From: a virus
Lineage: Duplodnaviria > Heunggongvirae > Uroviricota > Caudoviricetes
Length of the DNA: 22,878 nt
Reading direction: 5' to 3' (one strand)
IMG/VR virus record: IMGVR_UViG_2574180019_000007
Shown here: piece after piece, positions 17,575 to 22,878 of the stretch
Layout: every line of letters begins with the position of its first letter
How positions within the stretch are numbered: position 1 is the first letter of the stretch
Notes under the pieces: generated by a model
The model's database searches: none
Told to the model about the DNA's origin: nothing
The model's input: only the letters and a program-made list of their open reading frames with translations
Made by a program: the position numbers and the translations under genes

Positions 17575-18054
17575 TTTTATTCCTACGGGTCTTATTCTGA
17601 CAATATATCCTGTGTTCCAGACTGCCACATCACCACATCCTGTGCCATTATCTGACTCACATTACATACATCGCATCGGGATACAGTAGTAGCACTTTCT
17701 GTAATACAGCTTCCTGTTTCTTCCACCATCGCACCGGGATAAACCCGCGAATCATTAACGCGGTAAAAACCCGGTGTGCATCGTTTTTAATTATTCCCGC
17801 ACACTCACGCAGAAGGAATTCCCCGTCGGGCTACGGTCATGGTTAATGCGGGAATACGGCGACGATACAGCGCAGCTAAAAGGGTAATGGACGGATAGAC
17901 CGGTTTATTTCATTCCACAGGATTCTGAGTGTCCCCAACTTCCTCCAATAGTCTGAGCCCACCTGTGTAGTTTTAATTTTCATCAATCCATTTAACTATC
18001 GTTTAATTGTTGTCACATAGGATTCTGCCGTTTTTAACAATGCAGGATAATAAG

Positions 18055-18348
18055 ATGAAAAAAATGTTGTTTTCTGCCGCTCTGGCAATGCTTATTACAG
18101 GATGTGCTCAACAGACGTTTACTGTTGGAAACAAACCTACAGCAGTAACACCAAAGGAAACCATCACCCATCATTTCTTCGTTTCGGGAATTGGGCAGAA
18201 GAAAACTGTCGATGCAGCAAAAATTTGTGGTGGTGCAGAAAATGTTGTTAAAACAGAAACCCAGCAAACATTCGTAAATGGATTGCTCGGTTTTATTACT
18301 TTAGGCATTTATACTCCGCTGGAAGCGCGTGTGTATTGCTCACAATAA
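18055..18348 (+). CDS. bor: Bor outer-membrane lipoprotein (serum-resistance factor)
   Basis: 97-aa product MKKMLFSAALAMLITGCAQQTFTV...PLEARVYCSQ matches my memory of lambda Bor (97 aa), with lipobox LITGC. Oriented opposite to the late genes, as in lambda. Confidence 0.9.
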   Translation: MKKMLFSAALAMLITGCAQQTFTVGNKPTAVTPKETITHHFFVSGIGQKKTVDAAKICGGAENVVKTETQQTFVNGLLGFITLGIYTPLEARVYCSQ

Positions 18349-18379
18349 TTGCATGAGTTGCCCATCGATATGGGCAGCT

Positions 18380-18841
18380 CTATCTGCACTGCTCATTAAT
18401 ATACTTCTGGGTTCCTTCCAGTTGTTTTTGCATAGTGATCAGCCTCTCTCTGAGGGTGAAATAATCCCGTTCAGCGGTGTCTGCCAGTCGGGGGGAGGCT
18501 GCATTATCCACGCCGGAGGCGGTGGTGGCTTCACGCACTGACTGACAGACTGCTTTGATGTGCAACCGACGACGACCAGCGGCAACATCATCACGCAGAG
18601 CATCATTTTCAGCTTTCGCATCAGCTAACTCCTTCGTGTATTTTGCATCGAGCGCAGCAACATCACGCTGACGCATCTGTATGTCAGTAATTGCCGCGTT
18701 CGCCAGCGTCAGTTCTCTGGCATTTTTGTCGCGCTGGGCTTTGTAGGTAATGGCGTTATCACGGTAATGATTAACAGCCCATGACAGGCAGACGATGATG
18801 CAGATAACCAGAGCGGAGATAATCGCGGTTACTCTGTTCAT
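18380..18841 (-). CDS. Rz: Inner-membrane spanin subunit Rz
   Basis: Sequence from [43 protein letters not shown]... to ...YINEQCR matches remembered lambda Rz. Start placed at the ATG overlapping the R stop (153 aa); the track's version starts 4 codons upstream. Confidence 0.9.
   Translation of the reverse strand: MNRVTAIISALVICIIVCLSWAVNHYRDNAITYKAQRDKNARELTLANAAITDIQMRQRDVAALDAKYTKELADAKAENDALRDDVAAGRRRLHIKAVCQSVREATTASGVDNAASPRLADTAERDYFTLRERLITMQKQLEGTQKYINEQCR
18439..18621 (-). CDS. Rz1: Outer-membrane lipoprotein spanin subunit Rz1, embedded in Rz in the +1 frame
   Basis: 60-aa [63 protein letters not shown]: lipoprotein signal, proline-rich mature peptide, nearly identical to remembered lambda Rz1. 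Confidence 0.85.
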   Translation of the reverse strand: MRKLKMMLCVMMLPLVVVGCTSKQSVSQCVKPPPPPAWIMQPPPDWQTPLNGIISPSERG

Positions 18842-19335
18842 TGCTGACCCCACAAACAGATTTCACGCTCAATCTCACGACGAGTCATGAGACCTTTCCA
18901 TTGCTTACCGCCAGCATATGTCCAGCGACGTAGCTGATCACATGCGCCTTTGATATCGCCCTGGTTTATTTTGCGAAGAAGCGTCGATGTTCTGAAATTG
19001 CCAGCACCCACGTTGTAAACGAATGAGTAAAGAGCGCCGCGCATTGTTTCCGGTATATCGACTTTGATGTACGGGTTAATTTGTCTGGCGACCGTGGCAA
19101 GGTCTTTATTCAGGAGGGCTTTGCATTCTGCTTTGGTATACGTTTTACCGAGCATGATGTCTTTTCCTGTATGCCCGTGACATACAGTCCATACACCAAC
19201 AATATCTTTGTATGGTATGTAGCTGACACCTTCCAGACCATCGTTACCACTTGGGCCAGTGATTAACACTGATGCTATAGCAATTGCTCCGCCACCAATA
19301 GCAGCAGCAACGGCTTTTCGTAATGATGGAGGCAT
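18838..19335 (-). CDS. R: SAR endolysin (T4-lysozyme-like, phage 21 R type)
   Basis: 165-aa ORF with a Gly/Ala-rich N-terminal signal-anchor-release segment ([20 protein letters not shown]), then the E-x8-D-x5-T catalytic spacing ([16 protein letters not shown]). Matches my memory of the phage 21 / DLP12 RrrD-type endolysin and is unlike the lambda R transglycosylase. Confidence 0.9.
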   Translation of the reverse strand: MPPSLRKAVAAAIGGGAIAIASVLITGPSGNDGLEGVSYIPYKDIVGVWTVCHGHTGKDIMLGKTYTKAECKALLNKDLATVARQINPYIKVDIPETMRGALYSFVYNVGAGNFRTSTLLRKINQGDIKGACDQLRRWTYAGGKQWKGLMTRREIEREICLWGQQ

Positions 19336-19550
19336 TATTCACCTCTCGCAGCCTTGCGCTTATCTTCTTTAATCTTGAAATAAAGGTTTGTCAGGTACGT
19401 CAGCAGGCCAAATACCAGGCTACCCAGCACACCTATTGCCGCCCACTGTGAGGGCGTGACTTTATCGAGCAACTGTAAAAACCAGTACCCGGCACTACCT
19501 GCTGAGGTACCATAGGCGACACCCGTTGTTAACTTATCCATGGATTTCAT
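19335..19550 (-). CDS. S: Pinholin S (phage 21 S21 type), dual-start motif
   Basis: 71-aa [74 protein letters not shown] with two transmembrane segments, resembling S21. Two Met codons (M1, M4) separated by a Lys fit the antiholin/holin dual-start arrangement. RBS GAGGTGGGG upstream. Confidence 0.85.
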
Positions 19551-19674
19551 AACCCCACCTCGCAGACAAAGCGGGTGTAAATTAAGGGGATACTACGTAT
19601 CGCAATAAAGGCAGAAACGTAACAGATTCGGAGTCAGTGAATAACTCAGGTATTGGGTTATCAGCTAATATCGA

Positions 19675-19711
19675 GACTCAAAAAATGGAAAAACCCGCTC
19701 GACGGCGGGTT
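19675..19711 (-). terminator. Intrinsic terminator on the minus strand about 140 nt upstream of S, with no minus-strand ORF upstream of it
   Basis: Minus strand reads AAACCCGC-CGTCGA-GCGGGTTT followed by TTCCATTTTTTGAG: an 8-bp GC-rich stem plus U-tract. Not terminator-like on the plus strand. Confidence 0.45.
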
Positions 19712-20138
19712 TAAGCTGTGTGACGAAGTAACCACTCTTAACAGCATAACCAATTTTTTACGTACGTAAACTACTAAATGATATTTGTGAGAATGCCACC
19801 GAGTGTTCAAAACACCACCACAAATGCATAAGAAAACTTCAACAAATAACCAGTTAATAATTTCCGATGTTATTTTTAGTTTGTTTAAATTAAGCTAAAG
19901 AATTATAGAGCACTTATAAATAAGTGCCATTAATATAAATTAGCTAATAGATTTATTTTTGTTCAGACAAGAGCCATGAATAGGATTAGATAGAAAAGGT
20001 TCAGATAAAAATAGAGATCTACTTCACAAATTAAATGAGAAACTAAAACTTACATCTTGAAATAATCACATTGATTAGATGAATATTTATCGCGCAGTGA
20101 CATCATTTTTTAATAAAAGTTCAAAAAAAGGGCGTACA

Positions 20139-21221
20139 ATGAAAAAATTAACAGTGGCAATTTCTGCTGTAGCTGCATCAGTACTGATGGCGATGTCTGC
20201 TCAGGCAGCTGAAATTTATAATAAAGACAGTAACAAGCTGGATCTATACGGGAAAGTTAATGCCAAGCACTACTTCTCCTCTAATGATGCAGATGATGGT
20301 GATACTACTTATGCCCGTCTTGGCTTCAAAGGTGAAACCCAAATCAACGATCAACTGACTGGTTTCGGTCAGTGGGAATATGAATTCAAAGGCAACCGTG
20401 CTGAATCTCAAGGTTCTTCCAAAGACAAAACCCGTCTTGCATTTGCAGGCCTGAAATTTGGTGATTACGGCTCAATCGATTACGGCCGTAACTACGGTGT
20501 AGCATACGACATCGGTGCGTGGACTGACGTTCTGCCAGAATTCGGTGGTGATACCTGGACCCAAACAGATGTGTTCATGACTGGTCGCACTACTGGTGTT
20601 GCAACTTATCGTAACAACGACTTCTTTGGTCTGGTCGATGGCCTGAACTTTGCTGCTCAGTATCAGGGTAAAAATGACCGCACTGACGTAACTGAAGCCA
20701 ATGGTGATGGTTTCGGTTTCTCCACTACTTATGAGTATGAAGGATTCGGCGTGGGTGCAACCTATGCTAAATCAGATCGCACTGACGGTCAGGTCGCCTA
20801 TGGTAAGAGCAAATTCAATGCCTCCGGCAAAAATGCGGAAGTATGGGCTGCAGGCCTGAAATATGATGCGAACAATATCTATCTGGCTACCACATATTCT
20901 GAAACTCAGAATATGACCGTTTTTGGTAATAACCATATTGCAAACAAAGCACAAAACTTTGAAGCAGTAGCACAATATCAGTTTGACTTCGGTCTGCGTC
21001 CATCTGTTGCTTACCTTCAGTCAAAAGGTAAAGACCTTGGTGTTCATGGTGACCGAGACTTAGTCAAGTATGTCGATGTCGGTGCTACTTACTACTTTAA
21101 TAAAAACATGTCCACTTTTGTTGATTACAAAATCAACTTAATTGACGATAGTAAGTTTACCAAAACAGCTGGTATTGATACCGACGACATCGTCGCTGTA
21201 GGTCTGGTTTATCAGTTCTAA
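20139..21221 (+). CDS. nmpC: OmpC-family general porin (NmpC / Lc-like phage-encoded porin)
   Basis: 360-aa product from ATG at 20139 (RBS AAGGG). Signal peptide [23 protein letters not shown], then [17 protein letters not shown]..., classical enterobacterial porin blocks ([81 protein letters not shown]) and C-terminal ...VGLVYQF. Opposite strand to Q and the lysis genes. The gene symbol is by analogy with DLP12. Confidence 0.9.
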   Translation: MKKLTVAISAVAASVLMAMSAQAAEIYNKDSNKLDLYGKVNAKHYFSSNDADDGDTTYARLGFKGETQINDQLTGFGQWEYEFKGNRAESQGSSKDKTRLAFAGLKFGDYGSIDYGRNYGVAYDIGAWTDVLPEFGGDTWTQTDVFMTGRTTGVATYRNNDFFGLVDGLNFAAQYQGKNDRTDVTEANGDGFGFSTTYEYEGFGVGATYAKSDRTDGQVAYGKSKFNASGKNAEVWAAGLKYDANNIYLATTYSETQNMTVFGNNHIANKAQNFEAVAQYQFDFGLRPSVAYLQSKGKDLGVHGDRDLVKYVDVGATYYFNKNMSTFVDYKINLIDDSKFTKTAGIDTDDIVAVGLVYQF

Positions 21222-21230
21222 TCTGACTTA

Positions 21231-21270
21231 CGAAAAAGATATGTTGCGGGAGGCTTTGCCTCCGCAACAT
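21231..21270 (-). terminator. Strong hairpin at the 3' end of the porin gene; U-tract is on the minus-strand side
   Basis: ATGTTGCGGGAGG-CTTTG-CCTCCGCAACAT (12-bp stem with one bulged G). On the minus strand it is followed by ATCTTTTTCG; on the plus strand by ATATAAGTGGAG (no U-tract). Lies about 140-170 nt downstream of the Q stop in the minus direction. Confidence 0.4.
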
Positions 21271-21357
21271 ATAAGTGGAGCCCTCAAGCCACTTCCTTTA
21301 GAAGCACTACCTTGCTTCTTACTATATAAACCTTCTGTTATATATTACCCTTTATTT

Positions 21358-21386
21358 TGGGGGCGTTTCCACGCCCCATTTTTAAT
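21358..21386 (+). terminator. Plus-strand intrinsic terminator about 140 bp downstream of the porin stop
   Basis: GGGGCG (21360-21365), loop TTTCCA, CGCCCC (21372-21377), followed by ATTTTTAAT. On the minus strand the hairpin is followed by CAAAATAAAGGG, so it is oriented for plus-strand termination. Confidence 0.45.
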
Positions 21387-21409
21387 AACTTTTAGTAAAC
21401 AATTGCATA

Positions 21410-21793
21410 TCAATTAGAATTATTAGCAACGATATCCATATCTAACCGGATATCTAATGCCATTAACATCCCTTCAATTATGCCCTCAGCCTTCTGTAAC
21501 CTTTTCCCGATATAACCATCCGAGCAGCAATGCTTACTTGCCAGTGACATGAATGTCATACCACATACATAATAATCTACTAATAAATCGTGTAAATCGC
21601 TGTTGTTCTTTTTCAGACGGGCCATGCACCCGCAAATGATCATCGCGTCATCGTCACAACATTGCGGGCGAGATTTTACTTTTGAAGGAATTAATCCCTT
21701 AAAACCGGCGGCAATGGACGACCAGGTCACATCTTCATGATTATTAGCCGCCCACGCACCCCAACGCTCAAGAACCATCTGAATATCACGCAT
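21410..21793 (-). CDS. Q: Late-gene antiterminator Q (DLP12 QuuD type)
   Basis: 127-aa product from ATG at 21791-21793 (RBS GGAG): [35 protein letters not shown]...[20 protein letters not shown].... Matches my memory of E. coli QuuD. Cys-rich zinc-binding-type motifs. Positioned upstream of the lysis genes. Confidence 0.85.
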   Translation of the reverse strand: MRDIQMVLERWGAWAANNHEDVTWSSIAAGFKGLIPSKVKSRPQCCDDDAMIICGCMARLKKNNSDLHDLLVDYYVCGMTFMSLASKHCCSDGYIGKRLQKAEGIIEGMLMALDIRLDMDIVANNSN

Positions 21794-21878
21794 CAACTTA
21801 CTCCACAAAAATCAGACCAGAACGCCAATTACAAGCAAAAATCAACAAAACAGTATTAGTTGATTGTTATCTCTGACT

Positions 21879-22019
21879 TCATACTCCTGTTCCTGTCAGG
21901 GTTTTGGCGTAATTCTTCAGTATTCGGTAATCGGTCAAAACAGAACCGAGGAAACGATATAAGCGCAGACGCCCCCAGCGGTGGCGAAGAAGTTCTGCCA
22001 TATTAAACTCAAACATCAT
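21879..22019 (-). CDS. ylcG: Small ORF, YlcG-like (46 aa)
   Basis: Not in the ORF track (under 60 aa). Minus-strand ATG at 22017-22019 overlaps the rusA stop (ATGA) and encodes [46 protein letters not shown], then TGA. Resembles my memory of DLP12 YlcG, which lies between rusA and quuD. Confidence 0.55.
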   Translation of the reverse strand: MMFEFNMAELLRHRWGRLRLYRFLGSVLTDYRILKNYAKTLTGTGV

Positions 22020-22378
22020 TCATTCCCCATTTCGGTGATGGTCAGTTCCAGCCTCCCACCTTTGGTAACAGGCATCTTCACAACGCGGTAATCAACGACC
22101 TGAGCATCATCCAGCCAGAAACCTGCTTTAGTGAGTGCGTCAAAAGCGGCTTTTTGCAGATTATCCAGGTCACGGCGACGGCGATCCGGCATGTGGCACT
22201 CAATGCGGATTTTCACAGGCATAGCCAGGCCGATATCCAGCATTGCGTTTTTAATGATTCGGGCGACGTTATCGCGGTATGCCTGCCCCTCTGCGCTGAC
22301 GTGCGTGCGCCCGCGATTATGGCGGTAATAGCGATTATTGCTCGGAGGCCAGGGTAATGTGATGCTGTAGGTATTCAC
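22016..22378 (-). CDS. rusA: Holliday junction resolvase RusA
   Basis: 120-aa [41 protein letters not shown]...[33 protein letters not shown]..., which I recognise as DLP12-type RusA. GTG start overlapping the stop of the upstream remnant. Confidence 0.9.
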   Translation of the reverse strand: MNTYSITLPWPPSNNRYYRHNRGRTHVSAEGQAYRDNVARIIKNAMLDIGLAMPVKIRIECHMPDRRRRDLDNLQKAAFDALTKAGFWLDDAQVVDYRVVKMPVTKGGRLELTITEMGNE

Positions 22379-22503
22379 GCCTTAATAACCCCCTCTTTCA
22401 GCCACATAACCTGTGTTCTCGCCATACCTTCCAGCGCGCATTCTTTTGCATATGCAGCATCGACTTGCTTGGCATGCCCTTTACCGGCAATCTTCTGTAT
22501 GCG
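22375..22503 (-). pseudogene. 5'-truncated remnant of a ybcO-like (nin-region) gene
   Basis: Frame ending at TGA (22375-22377, overlapping the rusA GTG) encodes ...[38 protein letters not shown], resembling the C-terminus of DLP12 YbcO as I remember it. An in-frame TAG at 22504-22506 and no start codon mean the N-terminal part is missing. Confidence 0.4.
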
Positions 22504-22628
22504 CTAAACCTAGATAGAATCCACTCTGTGCACATTGAAGCCCGCTCTATGCTTTCTTTCAGGTATTGAAGGGATTGAGATGGGCTAAGCATTATTGGCC
22601 TCCTGCATCAGGAGAAAGACAATCATGG

Positions 22629-22878
<250 letters not shown>

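Noticed and set aside
21841-21870. Weak hairpin with T-run (ATCAAC...GTTGAT then TTTTTG on the minus strand) between ylcG and Q
   Set aside because: Stem is only 6-7 bp and AT-rich; it could be an N-sensitive terminator like lambda tR-type sites upstream of Q, but the structure is too weak to call from sequence alone.
22398-22592. 64-aa minus-strand ORF upstream of rusA
   Set aside because: Arg/Trp/Cys-rich product in a different frame from the ybcO-like remnant that shows the believable C-terminus; probably a chance ORF spanning the remnant.

Overview
This window is the late region of a lambdoid prophage (enterobacterial, E. coli-like), with almost all genes on the minus strand. I did not find a convincing novel multi-gene system. 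The identifications rest on reading the ORF translations against remembered lambda, phage 21 and DLP12 proteins; no search was run.

Reading from high to low coordinates, in the direction of late transcription:
- 22629-22878: end of an IS3-family insertion sequence (transposase C-terminus plus terminal inverted repeat).
- 22375-22503: a truncated ybcO-like gene remnant.
- 21410-22378: rusA (Holliday junction resolvase), ylcG-like small ORF, and a QuuD-type antiterminator Q.
- 20139-21221: an OmpC-family porin gene (NmpC/Lc-like) on the plus strand, antisense to late transcription, preceded by a ~580 bp AT-rich region.
- 18380-19550: lysis cassette of phage-21 type pinholin S and SAR endolysin R, with lambda-type Rz and embedded Rz1.
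- 18055-18348: bor lipoprotein gene, plus strand.
- 16500-17600: a small accessory (moron) region holding a TonB-C-like lipoprotein gene and two small plus-strand ORFs.
- 16297-16500: cos (cosN 12-nt cohesive end plus cosB repeats).
- 1-16296: a complete lambda-type morphogenetic module: Nu1, A, W, B, C/Nu3, D, E, FI, FII, Z, U, V, G, G-T, H, M, L, K, I, and the 5' part of J running off the window start.

The phage is a mosaic, not lambda itself. The points most worth follow-up are the accessory genes beside cos, the RNA structures around the porin gene, and the IS insertion upstream of rusA.
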